Shown piece by piece: positions 1-8,780 of a stretch of 64,000 nucleotides of DNA. The stretch lies in NCBI GenBank assembly GCA_022763365.1, contig JALEGN010000007.1, forward strand, positions 24,665-88,664, written 5' to 3'. Both the position numbers and the translations under genes were made by a program. How positions within the stretch are numbered: position 1 is the first letter of the stretch; the number at the start of each line of letters is the position of its first letter. The notes beneath the pieces were generated by a model. The model did not search any database and was not told the origin of the DNA. It saw only the letters and a program-made list of their open reading frames with translations. The stretch comes from Minisyncoccota bacterium. Its GTDB lineage: Bacteria > Patescibacteriota > Minisyncoccia > Phycocordibacterales > UBA1006.

Positions 1-239
1 GCTTGGCTTCGTGCTGCTTTAATTTCTTCTTCTGCTTTTTGTTTGGCAACTAACAATTCAGTTTCTGATTGTTGTGCTTGATCAATACCAGCTTGAATTT
101 TTTCTTTTCGCTCGCTAATGATTTTTCCAACAGGTCCGAAAACCCATTTTTTCAAAATCCAGAAGATAATAAGAAAGTTTATAAAGTTCGCCAGCGCAAC
201 CTGCCAATCAAATCCAATGTTTGAGAGTACTTCTAACAT
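1..239 (-). CDS. atpF: F0F1 ATP synthase subunit b (partial, runs off window start)
   Basis: Manual translation MLEVLSNIGFDWQVALANFINFLIIFWILKKWVFGPVGKIISERKEKI...; N-terminal TM plus charged helix; directly downstream of atpE; not in ORF track. Confidence 0.9.
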   Translation of the reverse strand, partial: MLEVLSNIGFDWQVALANFINFLIIFWILKKWVFGPVGKIISERKEKIQAGIDQAQQSETELLVAKQKAEEEIKAARSQ

Positions 240-264
240 AGTCTTTGCAGGTTAGGGCCAATGA

Positions 265-480
265 TTAAATAAGGAAGAATGCTACCAATGCGTAAATCGC
301 TGCTGACTCTACAAGAGCTACTCCAACGATCATTTTTGTAAAGATATCTCCTGATGCTTCTGGGTTTCGTCCCATTGCTTCTAGAGCTTTACCTACAAGG
401 TATCCTTCTCCAATAGCTGAACCGAACATTGATAGTGTTGCGATTCCTTTTGCAATATATTTTGCTGCTTCTGCTTCCAT
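265..480 (-). CDS. atpE: F0F1 ATP synthase subunit c
   Basis: Two TM helices, GRNPEA loop, conserved acidic residue in LVESAAIY. Confidence 0.95.
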   Translation of the reverse strand: MEAEAAKYIAKGIATLSMFGSAIGEGYLVGKALEAMGRNPEASGDIFTKMIVGVALVESAAIYALVAFFLI

Positions 481-514
481 AAAATTTGTTTTTTGATTTA
501 ACTATTAACTAAAC

Positions 515-1309
515 TTATTTTTCGGTAATTTCCTTCACTGGTTTTAATGACAGTGTGTAATACACCGCAACCAATGCTGCAAATACCATCCCTTGTAAGA
601 TTCCGGTGAATCCACTCATAATTGTCCATACGGCTGGTAATGCATAAGCGAAGGCTCCCATAATAATGATGGCAAGCACTTGTCCGGCATATACATTACC
701 AAATAGACGAAATGATAGTGAAACAACTTTGGCAAGTTCGCCAATAATATCCAGTAGTCCTACAAAGAATTCAATGAGTCCAACAAAACCATCCATGACT
801 CCTTTTTTGAAACCATTAATAACTCCTTTAATATTAAAGAAATTATTAAGATATCCTAGAAATCCATACTCTTTAAATGCTACAGCATTCAGTACAACAA
901 CTGATGCTAATGACACTCCAAGAGCTGTATTAAAGTCTGATGTTGGTGTTCTAAAGATTGCAACTCCCTTATAGGTTATATCTGTTAACCCAGGAATGAT
1001 AGCAATCACATTTGCAAGAGCAAAGTACACCAGAATCGTTGCAATGATTGGAAAAATCTTTTTTGCATGATCACGATTACCAGTGATTTGCTCAACGAGC
1101 CCTACAATAGATTCATACACCATTTCGATCATGGATTGAAATTTTCCAGGAACAAGGGTGAATTTTGAAACAACAAAGATTCCTAATAATAGGAATGCTA
1201 CTGCTATTAACAGAATCATAAGGGTCGAGTTTGCAATACCAAAACCAAATACTTCAAAAACTATTTCAGGTTGTATTGGTGTTAATGTTCTTTCGAATCC
1301 TAAACTCAT
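515..1309 (-). CDS. atpB: F0F1 ATP synthase subunit a
   Basis: PGKFQS, PTSDFN, SLSFRLFGNVYAG motifs; operon order. Confidence 0.95.
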   Translation of the reverse strand: MSLGFERTLTPIQPEIVFEVFGFGIANSTLMILLIAVAFLLLGIFVVSKFTLVPGKFQSMIEMVYESIVGLVEQITGNRDHAKKIFPIIATILVYFALANVIAIIPGLTDITYKGVAIFRTPTSDFNTALGVSLASVVVLNAVAFKEYGFLGYLNNFFNIKGVINGFKKGVMDGFVGLIEFFVGLLDIIGELAKVVSLSFRLFGNVYAGQVLAIIIMGAFAYALPAVWTIMSGFTGILQGMVFAALVAVYYTLSLKPVKEITEK

Positions 1310-1318
1310 ATTAAATAA

Positions 1319-1624
1319 CTAATTAGCATCACTCCCTTCAGTATTCTCTGAAGTCTCTTGATGCGTATCTTGATTACGGAGCTCTTTAATGCGTGCATCC
1401 AATGCACGTACCTCTTTTGCATATTTGCGGTAAAGGTAAATAACTCCTGACCAAGAAAGAATAAAAGCTGCGGGAAAAAGATAGAGGAAATTAATCCCCC
1501 AAATCTTAGTAATAGCAACACCGATTATTGCCGGAACTAAAAAAATCACTGCGATTTTAATCATCAGTGGTACCATTTTTCCGGCATATGCGTCTCGTTG
1601 CGCTATCAGTTTCTCGAGCTCCAT
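1319..1624 (-). CDS. Small 2-TM membrane protein heading the atp operon (AtpZ/AtpI-like position)
   Basis: Two hydrophobic segments; 9 nt upstream of atpB. Confidence 0.6.
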   Translation of the reverse strand: MELEKLIAQRDAYAGKMVPLMIKIAVIFLVPAIIGVAITKIWGINFLYLFPAAFILSWSGVIYLYRKYAKEVRALDARIKELRNQDTHQETSENTEGSDAN

Positions 1625-1714
1625 AATAAAAATACGACATCGTTAAACAATGTCGGCATCAGTATAACATTATCGATTATATGGGCAAGAAAAAAACCTC
1701 TTTTTAATAAGAGG

Positions 1715-2125
1715 CTAGATACTGTGTTCTTCAAAACCATGACAATCTATGTTTTTCCCAAATGGTTTATCGCAAATTTGCTGAAATATTACTTGATACC
1801 CTTCATGTTTGGGCTGGCCGCCACTCAAGTATTCTCTATACCATTGTATAACCAAAAAGCGAGGTATTGAATCATCAAGTCTTTGATAACCTTTTTTCTT
1901 TTTAAGGAAAAGATTACCAAAAAGATACATTATAAGATATCGAGGTTTATAAATTTTTGTAGCCTCTATGTAAATACTCTTTTTTTGATCAAGATATTTT
2001 GATAAATTTGCATCTTCATTTTTAGCTGCAATTTTATCTTCTATGGAAATAAATACAGTAACGGTTTTTTTCTTGAGAAAACTTATCTGAGATAAGTTTT
2101 CAGAAATCTTATCCAGAAAGTTCAT
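1715..2125 (-). CDS. Hypothetical protein
   Basis: 136-aa ORF followed by a hairpin/T-run; no recognised family. Confidence 0.5.
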   Translation of the reverse strand: MNFLDKISENLSQISFLKKKTVTVFISIEDKIAAKNEDANLSKYLDQKKSIYIEATKIYKPRYLIMYLFGNLFLKKKKGYQRLDDSIPRFLVIQWYREYLSGGQPKHEGYQVIFQQICDKPFGKNIDCHGFEEHSI

Positions 2126-2164
2126 ATAATATTATTTAAAGTTTACACAAGTATACTACAGTAG

Positions 2165-2650
2165 TTATTCTTTTACTAAATACTCTTTTAGTTCACGTTC
2201 TTTTAATTTTGAAACTTGATGAAAAGTATTAATGCTTCCATAAGGATTTAAGCCAACAAGATAATCATTTTCATCGTCAAAATAATCAGTACATCCATCA
2301 CAATAGAAATCTTTGATAATAATAGTATTTTCATTATTAATGATCATTATTGCAGCATTATAATATTCTTGTACTGAACTAACAGAAACACTATCTTTAT
2401 GTTTCTCATAATGGTGATAAAGATTTTGTTGTTGACTCTCAAAATCGCCAGAAGCCCAAGCAATATCATGAATATTAACACTACTAATGGTTTGATTGTC
2501 AGCACTCTCAGATATAAGGAATTCTTCTCCCGCTTGTACTAAAAATTCTTCAATTTGTTGTTCATCTAGATTAATATCTTGACCTCCCAAAAAAGTAGCA
2601 ATAAAACCAGCCAATACTGTGGCGATAATTGCAATTAATGATTTCTTCAT
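2165..2650 (-). CDS. Membrane-anchored/secreted protein with HxxKH..EY..A motif (possible toxin-type RNase-like domain)
   Basis: N-terminal hydrophobic segment MKKSLIAIIATVLAGFIATFLGG; LYHHYEKH..SVQEYYNAA..G.INTF; start moved to 2650 because TATACT lies 6 nt upstream. Confidence 0.55.
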   Translation of the reverse strand: MKKSLIAIIATVLAGFIATFLGGQDINLDEQQIEEFLVQAGEEFLISESADNQTISSVNIHDIAWASGDFESQQQNLYHHYEKHKDSVSVSSVQEYYNAAIMIINNENTIIIKDFYCDGCTDYFDDENDYLVGLNPYGSINTFHQVSKLKERELKEYLVKE

Positions 2651-2725
2651 AAACAAAGTATAGCAAATAACTTGCAGGAACGATTACATTTTGATACATT
2701 GTTTTTGTTCAGACGAACAAGAAAC

Positions 2726-2799
2726 GCGCGTGTAGCTCAGGTGGTTAGAGCGCATCACTGATAATGATGAGGTCCCAGGTTCAAGTCCTGGCATGCGCA
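2726..2799 (+). tRNA. tRNA-Ile(GAT)
   Basis: Acceptor GCGCGTG/CATGCGC, anticodon arm CATCA-CT-GAT-AA-TGATG, T-loop TTCAAGT; CCA not encoded. Confidence 0.97.
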
Positions 2800-2855
2800 C
2801 ATAAAAAATCCCTGTTGGGATTTTTTTTGCTTTATATAAACTCACAATAGTCGTT

Positions 2856-3467
2856 TTACCCCTTTGTTCGTTTAATATTCGCAAACAATTCAGGAAAAGT
2901 TTCATCTAGGAAATGACCTCTGTTTTTGAATCTTATTAATTCTGAATTTTGAAGTTGTTTATGGTAAGACTCTGATTCCTGTAAAGGTACTTCAGGATCA
3001 TCTTCAGAATGGTAAATATAAATTTGCGGAATATTATTTTCACTAAAATTACCCGGGAACTCATTATTTATAAAATCTCCTAAATTATAATCTTCAGAAT
3101 TGTGATTATTTGTAGGCGCAACTAGGTGTAACTGCTTAATAGAAACAGGTAATATATTTATAGAAAGCCATTTCATTAAAAAACCTCCACCCAAAGAATG
3201 TCCAATCAAAATTACATTATCTCTTAAATATGGTATGACTTTTTCGAACCATATACTCCATGCTTGATAATTTGCATAGTCTTTATTTGGCATCTCTGGT
3301 CTTATTATTTCATAATTTTCATTTAAAAAATCTAAATATCTTTTGCTCCAACGATTACTTATTTTAAATGGGTCGTATGACCATGCACCAATCATGTTAA
3401 TATAATTTTCATGGTTGATTGCGGGCATTCCTCCATGAATATGTACAACTTGCTGTTTTTCTTTCAT
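2856..3467 (-). CDS. Alpha/beta hydrolase, RBBP9/YdeN-like
   Basis: HIHGG, GHSLGG nucleophile elbow, HSEDDPEV, RGHF; start at MKEKQQ (TATAAT 6 nt upstream, terminator hairpin just above). Confidence 0.85.
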   Translation of the reverse strand: MKEKQQVVHIHGGMPAINHENYINMIGAWSYDPFKISNRWSKRYLDFLNENYEIIRPEMPNKDYANYQAWSIWFEKVIPYLRDNVILIGHSLGGGFLMKWLSINILPVSIKQLHLVAPTNNHNSEDYNLGDFINNEFPGNFSENNIPQIYIYHSEDDPEVPLQESESYHKQLQNSELIRFKNRGHFLDETFPELFANIKRTKG

Positions 3468-3681
3468 ATAAAAATTATAGCAAAAAACCCAAGCCAAAGC
3501 CTGGGCTACTCTTGATAATGGAATTAACCTCACCTCACGGTTCAAGAGTCTATTAACTTTTTTAAAAAGGCTACCACAATTCAATTTACTTAAACCATCA
3601 ACATGAATATGACAGTCTTCAACTAACCAACCAAAAAACTCATATTTATTATACTTTATCATAAAATAAAAACAAGTTATC

Positions 3682-4662
3682 TTATTCCTCGTTTTCTAAT
3701 TCGTCTTGTTTTTCACGTATTTTCTTTTGGATACGCTGGAAATCTCCTCCTAAAATTCCTTCGATGTTTGACCATGATTCTTTGATGCGATGATCGGTGA
3801 TACGGTCTTGTGGAAAATTATAGGTTCTAATTTTCTCTGACCTATCCCCTGTTCCAATTTGCTTTTTACGTTTATCAGCGTATCTGGCTTGCTCTTCCTC
3901 GTCTTTCATTTGTTGTAATTTTGATTTTAGAATAGACAGAGCGTTTTCTTTGTTTTTAAGTTGCGTTCGTTGAGCTGTTGAACGCACATCGATACCTGTT
4001 GGTTTGTGAATCACACGCACAGCTGTTTCCACTTTGTTAACACTTTGCCCGCCGGCACCACCTGACCGTGACGTTTCAAATTCTAAATCACTATCATTCA
4101 AAACAATGGTTGTTCGTTTAAATAGTGGCATAATAGCAACTGAAATTGTCGAAGTATGAATACGCCCCTGTTTCTCAGTTGCTGGGATACGCTGTACCCG
4201 ATGTACTCCTGTTTCCCATTGTAATTTGTCATAGACTCCTTCACCTTTGACCTCAAAAGATGCTTCTTTGTAGCCACCAATATCATTTTCTGAGCTGTCG
4301 ATAATACTCCAAGTATATCCTTCTGATTCAGCATAACGTTGGTACATTTCAGCCATTTCTTTCGCAAAGAGTGAGGCTTCGTCTCCTCCAGCTCCAGCTC
4401 TGATTTCTAGAACAATTTCAGAAGGTGATTCTTTATCAGCCTCCTCTTCTTTTTTAATAATATCTTCAGCTTGAGTGATATATGCATTAATTGAAATCGT
4501 TAAATTTTTGATTTCATTTTTGGCTAGTTCTGCCATTTCGGGGTCTTCAGCTAACTCTTGTGTTTCTTCGAGCTTTGCCAAAAATTCTTCAATTTGTGAT
4601 GCAAAAAACTGTGTAGAGTGATTATTTCTATATTTTTCTAAGTCGTACTCTAAAATTTCCAT
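3682..4662 (-). CDS. prfA: Peptide chain release factor 1 (short N-terminus)
   Basis: GGQ motif, PAT stop-recognition motif ([14 protein letters not shown]), [15 protein letters not shown]; start approximate. Confidence 0.95.
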   Translation of the reverse strand: MEILEYDLEKYRNNHSTQFFASQIEEFLAKLEETQELAEDPEMAELAKNEIKNLTISINAYITQAEDIIKKEEEADKESPSEIVLEIRAGAGGDEASLFAKEMAEMYQRYAESEGYTWSIIDSSENDIGGYKEASFEVKGEGVYDKLQWETGVHRVQRIPATEKQGRIHTSTISVAIMPLFKRTTIVLNDSDLEFETSRSGGAGGQSVNKVETAVRVIHKPTGIDVRSTAQRTQLKNKENALSILKSKLQQMKDEEEQARYADKRKKQIGTGDRSEKIRTYNFPQDRITDHRIKESWSNIEGILGGDFQRIQKKIREKQDELENEE

Positions 4663-4711
4663 AGATACCATATAGCATAGCAAATATTGTAAAATAAAAA
4701 ACCTTGGTATT

Positions 4712-5308
4712 TCAAGGCTGTAGTCCACAAATTCGGTTGGACTGTAATGATTGTTTTCTTATTCTGTTACTGAGGTTCATTATTAAACGATACACAAATA
4801 ATGCATGGTCTTTAGATTGAATTTTATGAACTTTTGTCAGATGTTGTATTTCACTATTGAGGTTAAAGTCTGGGATAAAACTACCACCCATACAGCGACC
4901 TAAACGCAAGTAATACTGTGATGTCCAAGCATCATTTTTGTATACAATATCAAAAGTGTGAAAACTATATTCATAATTCATGTTAAATAACATGACACGT
5001 ACTCCATTTTCAGTTCTTTCAAAAATAAAAATATTTTTGAAAGAATCAATATATTCACTACACTCTTCTTTATTACTGCAGCTTTGCATATGAGGGTTAT
5101 AGAACATAAGGTTCTGTTTATTACCTAATATTCCCAAAAGCCAGTTCGTTGAGAAACGTAAGGATTGCTGTTGATACAAGGTATCATTTGTTACCTGTTC
5201 AAAGTCAAGATTCTGATATTGATTAACATAACTGTTTTCAAAAACATTATTATTTTGAGCATTTAAAGCACAAAAAAATAGATTAAAAATAAGAAATAAG
5301 TTTTTCAT
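4712..5308 (-). CDS. Hypothetical secreted protein
   Basis: Signal-peptide-like [18 protein letters not shown]; start reassigned from 5359. Confidence 0.6.
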   Translation of the reverse strand: MKNLFLIFNLFFCALNAQNNNVFENSYVNQYQNLDFEQVTNDTLYQQQSLRFSTNWLLGILGNKQNLMFYNPHMQSCSNKEECSEYIDSFKNIFIFERTENGVRVMLFNMNYEYSFHTFDIVYKNDAWTSQYYLRLGRCMGGSFIPDFNLNSEIQHLTKVHKIQSKDHALFVYRLIMNLSNRIRKQSLQSNRICGLQP

Positions 5309-5369
5309 GATATTAAGGTTGTTTGTATTTATTAAATCATGGTTAAAAGAAAAAGCCACAATTTAGTGG

Positions 5370-5867
5370 CTATATTTTTTTTATGAAAGTAGTTTTCTTG
5401 GTCTTTTGGTATTGCATAATTTTTTCTGTAAGAATAATGCATTCCCAAATCGATTCTTTTAAAAGAATAAGTTCTTCAAGAGTTCTAATATATTCATATT
5501 GTTCATGGTCAGGGTCTACTTTAACCAATCGCTCTAAACCTTCAACTTCTTGAACCTTAGTGAAATACCTGTCAACCTTCACTTTTCCCTTATCAATTAA
5601 AATATCAGTAGAAACAAATTGATTAATCATCTCACTTGAAGGAACCGAAAAGATAAAATTATCCAAAGATTTTTTTTCATAATTCACTAAAACCTTACGT
5701 TGATATACATCCTCAGCAGAAATATTTAAAAAAGGTTTATCTCCTAAATAAGTGTCTAGGAGTTGAAATCCTAGACGGAGTTCTTGAGCAGCAAGTTCAG
5801 ACGGCACAGGTGTTTGAGCAATAGTCATCAAGGGCACTATGGCAAATAATAGAATAAGTTTTTTCAT
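5370..5867 (-). CDS. Hypothetical secreted protein
   Basis: Signal-peptide-like MKKLILLFAIVPLMTIA-Q; start reassigned from 5900. Confidence 0.6.
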   Translation of the reverse strand: MKKLILLFAIVPLMTIAQTPVPSELAAQELRLGFQLLDTYLGDKPFLNISAEDVYQRKVLVNYEKKSLDNFIFSVPSSEMINQFVSTDILIDKGKVKVDRYFTKVQEVEGLERLVKVDPDHEQYEYIRTLEELILLKESIWECIILTEKIMQYQKTKKTTFIKKI

Positions 5868-5936
5868 AATATATGGTTTTAAAGTTCTTATATCTATCAA
5901 AGCATGATTTTAAATTTCAAGCAAAAGAAAAACCAC

Positions 5937-6269
5937 CTATTTATTTTTTTGGTAGTTTTCTAAGAGAATATCAAAATTTGGAACATCAGGCTGTACATCA
6001 TAATTTTTTTCTACATGCTCTGCTGCATGGTGTACCCGACGTTTACATTGCTCAATATCGAATGATAACTGATTGTGGAGTTCAAAATCATAATTATCAC
6101 TCTTGAAGTTTTTGTGATTTACCTGTTCTAGATACAAATCATATAAAGCATACATACGGTCAACTTCAGTCACCACAAGTTCTCGATAGTTTTCTAATGC
6201 TTGTTCTTTTTCTCGGTCTGAATAATGATGTTCAGAGCTATTTGATTTTTTAATTTTTGGAGTTCCCAT
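5937..6269 (-). CDS. Hypothetical protein
   Basis: Start MGTPKIKK after TGTTATAAT; the longer track ORF overlaps rpmE and its terminator. Confidence 0.55.
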   Translation of the reverse strand: MGTPKIKKSNSSEHHYSDREKEQALENYRELVVTEVDRMYALYDLYLEQVNHKNFKSDNYDFELHNQLSFDIEQCKRRVHHAAEHVEKNYDVQPDVPNFDILLENYQKNK

Positions 6270-6360
6270 TACGCTTGGATTATAACATATAATTAAAAAA
6301 TGTAACAAAAAACCACTCGTGACGAATGGTTTTTTGTGTTGTCTTTTAAAAGATATGTCT

Positions 6361-6618
6361 TTACGCTTTTTTTGCAGCAGCCATTCGTTTTCGGAATTTT
6401 TCTGCTCGTCCAGCCGTATCAAGACGTTTTTCAGTTCCAGTGTAGAACGGGTGTGATGCTGATGAAATTTCAATTTTCACAAGCGGGTATTCTTTCCCAT
6501 CGGTCCATTTTGCTGTTTCTTCTGAGCTGATGGTAGATGAGATAAGAAATTGTTCTCCACTAGCGTTATCATGAAAGATAACTTTTCGATATTCTTCTGG
6601 GTGAGTGTCTTTCTTCAT
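6361..6618 (-). CDS. rpmE: 50S ribosomal protein L31 type B (Cys-free)
   Basis: [28 protein letters not shown]. Confidence 0.95.
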   Translation of the reverse strand: MKKDTHPEEYRKVIFHDNASGEQFLISSTISSEETAKWTDGKEYPLVKIEISSASHPFYTGTEKRLDTAGRAEKFRKRMAAAKKA

Positions 6619-6663
6619 AATGATTCGATATTAGCACATTAGTCTAATTGTACAAGTATTTAT

Positions 6664-8019
6664 CTAGTCGATAAGATCAATATTCGCTTGAATTCTAATC
6701 GTCCTATCCATTACCCCATTTCCATAAAATGCATTCCTAACTGCAGGATCACTACAACCACGTCCTGAGTAATATTTACAAGCTGCTTCTCGCTCGGCGC
6801 TATAGGTTTGAGCTCCTGCTCCTAAATCAGATACATAGAGTGCCGTTGCATGGATTGCATGCCGTGCGTTCCATGGGTCTGCTGTTGTTGCTCCAACCGC
6901 TCGAGCAATTCTATCTTCGTAGCTTTCCCAGGTTGCTGGAATAAATTGTGATGGACCCATGGCTCCTCCCCAACCTGATGGTTTTCCATTAATTCTAATT
7001 GGACATGATAAGGGTGTCCCTACCAAAGGTCGCCCTAATTTTGCCATTAACCTTTTGTAAATTGTTTGATCATCACGCCATGACCCTGATGTTGGTCCTG
7101 GCATAATATCTGACCATATCGGTTCATTAGTATTTCTATTACAAGTACCAACATTTTTTCCCATATTTGATTCTTGCTCTAAAATAGCGAGGATGAAGGC
7201 TGGTCGTACGCCTGTTTTTCCTCCTGCTTCTTTGGCATATTTATAAGCATCCCCAAAGGCAATACCTCCGCCAGCCAGGTCACGTAGTTCGAAGAGCTTA
7301 TTGCTAATTTCTTGAGCTTCTTGCTGTCTGATCTGCCGTAATCGAGCGAGTGAGGCCTCTTTCTCTTCACTTGCTGCTAAAGCTTGGTCACGCTGTTTTT
7401 TCTGGGTCTCAATTTTTTGCTGTTCTATCTGAAGAGAATATTTAGCAGCATCTTCTTCTTTTTGTTTTTCTTCTAGTGATTGTTTTTCTCCATAAATTTC
7501 AACCTTTAAATTATCAATGATTTCAAAAGAGTCAGAAAGTGAACCTTGAATATATGAAAATGCTGGCGCATCTTCATAAAATTCTGAAATACTTTCGTTT
7601 GAGAGTAGCATTTCAAATAAAGTTGAATCTTCTAGTTCATGACGTTTTCGAATAATTTTTTCAAGAGACTCCTTTTCACGACGAAGACGTGCATTTAAAC
7701 TATCGAGGTTTTGCTCCTTATCAAGAATATCTTTTTTAATATTTTTAATAAGTGAATTTTTCTTCTTGATTTCTGAATCAGTTTTTCTAATTTCTCCCGT
7801 TAGTTGATTAATTTCTTGACCAATCACGGCCTGATTTTGATCCTCAATTTTAATACCCCCATCAAGAATTTGAATCTCTTGGTTCAGTTCACCAAGACGT
7901 TTTCTACAATCAGCCTCGTTTTCTTCTTGATTACACTTACTAATATCAAAGTTTTGAGCATACACATATGACGTTCCTATACCAATCATTGCTATACTTA
8001 TGAATAATATTTTTTTCAT
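6664..8019 (-). CDS. Secreted coiled-coil protein with C-terminal lytic murein transglycosylase domain
   Basis: Signal peptide; long coiled coil; AILEQES and GAMGPSQFIPATW SLT-type motifs. Confidence 0.85.
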   Translation of the reverse strand: MKKILFISIAMIGIGTSYVYAQNFDISKCNQEENEADCRKRLGELNQEIQILDGGIKIEDQNQAVIGQEINQLTGEIRKTDSEIKKKNSLIKNIKKDILDKEQNLDSLNARLRREKESLEKIIRKRHELEDSTLFEMLLSNESISEFYEDAPAFSYIQGSLSDSFEIIDNLKVEIYGEKQSLEEKQKEEDAAKYSLQIEQQKIETQKKQRDQALAASEEKEASLARLRQIRQQEAQEISNKLFELRDLAGGGIAFGDAYKYAKEAGGKTGVRPAFILAILEQESNMGKNVGTCNRNTNEPIWSDIMPGPTSGSWRDDQTIYKRLMAKLGRPLVGTPLSCPIRINGKPSGWGGAMGPSQFIPATWESYEDRIARAVGATTADPWNARHAIHATALYVSDLGAGAQTYSAEREAACKYYSGRGCSDPAVRNAFYGNGVMDRTIRIQANIDLID

Positions 8020-8102
8020 GACACTAGTATAGCAAAAAATAAGTCCTTCGGTAGCTGAAAAAACTTGCATAAACAATCAATGTGACTATAATTTGCTGTA
8101 TT

Positions 8103-8753
8103 ATGACTGAACTAAAATTTATAAAAAGAGATGCAGAAAAGACATCTCCTGAATTCTTACGTTCACAAGGACTTGTACCAGCCGTATGTTACGGAGCTGG
8201 AAACGAAACAACACTTGTTGCCGTAGAAGACGTTGAATTTAGAAAAGTATACCGAAAAGTAGGTACTTCAGGATTGATCGACATGACTGGAGATGTTTCA
8301 GGAGAACAATGCCTTGTACAAGATATGCAAGTACATGTTGTCAGCGGAGAATTACAACATATTGATTTCAAGTTTGTTGCAAAAGGACAAGCTACTGAAG
8401 TTACGGTACCTGTTGAAATTGTTGGTGAGTCACCGGCTGTTGTTAATAAAGTAGGACTTCTTAATATTTCACGAGATGAACTTGTTATTGAAACAATCCC
8501 AAGTAAAATTCCTGAATCAATTGAGGTTGACGGATCACTTCTTAAGGAAATAGGAGATTCAGTAAAAATTTCTGATCTTAAACTTGATTCTGCTATTGAG
8601 TTTACCGATGACCTTGATACTACTATTGTCAGCATCATCGCACCTCGAGAAGATGAACCAGAAGCTGAAACCGAAGAACCAGTTTCAATGGAACCTGAAC
8701 TTGTTGACCAAAAAGGTAAACAAGAAGACGATTCAGAATCAGAAGAAGCATAA
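8103..8753 (+). CDS. rplY: 50S ribosomal protein L25/Ctc
   Basis: LRSQGLVPAVCYG, HIDF, IPESIEVD, acidic tail. Confidence 0.95.
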   Translation: MTELKFIKRDAEKTSPEFLRSQGLVPAVCYGAGNETTLVAVEDVEFRKVYRKVGTSGLIDMTGDVSGEQCLVQDMQVHVVSGELQHIDFKFVAKGQATEVTVPVEIVGESPAVVNKVGLLNISRDELVIETIPSKIPESIEVDGSLLKEIGDSVKISDLKLDSAIEFTDDLDTTIVSIIAPREDEPEAETEEPVSMEPELVDQKGKQEDDSESEEA

Positions 8754-8754
8754 T

Positions 8755-8778
8755 AAAAAACACCATTTGGTGTTTTTT
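8755..8778. terminator. Bidirectional intrinsic terminator AAAAAACACC-ATTT-GGTGTTTTTT (recurrent family)
   Basis: Perfect inverted repeat between convergent rplY and pheT. Confidence 0.85.
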
Positions 8779-8780
8779 AT

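Noticed and set aside
2684-2905. 73-aa ORF antisense to tRNA-Ile (likewise 62029-62283 over tRNA-Tyr)
   Set aside because: Typical translation artefacts of tRNA genes
3468-3662. N-terminal 64-aa extension of the YdeN-like hydrolase
   Set aside because: Reads through a terminator hairpin (about 3482-3506) and a -10 box placed 6 nt before the internal ATG; likely not part of the protein
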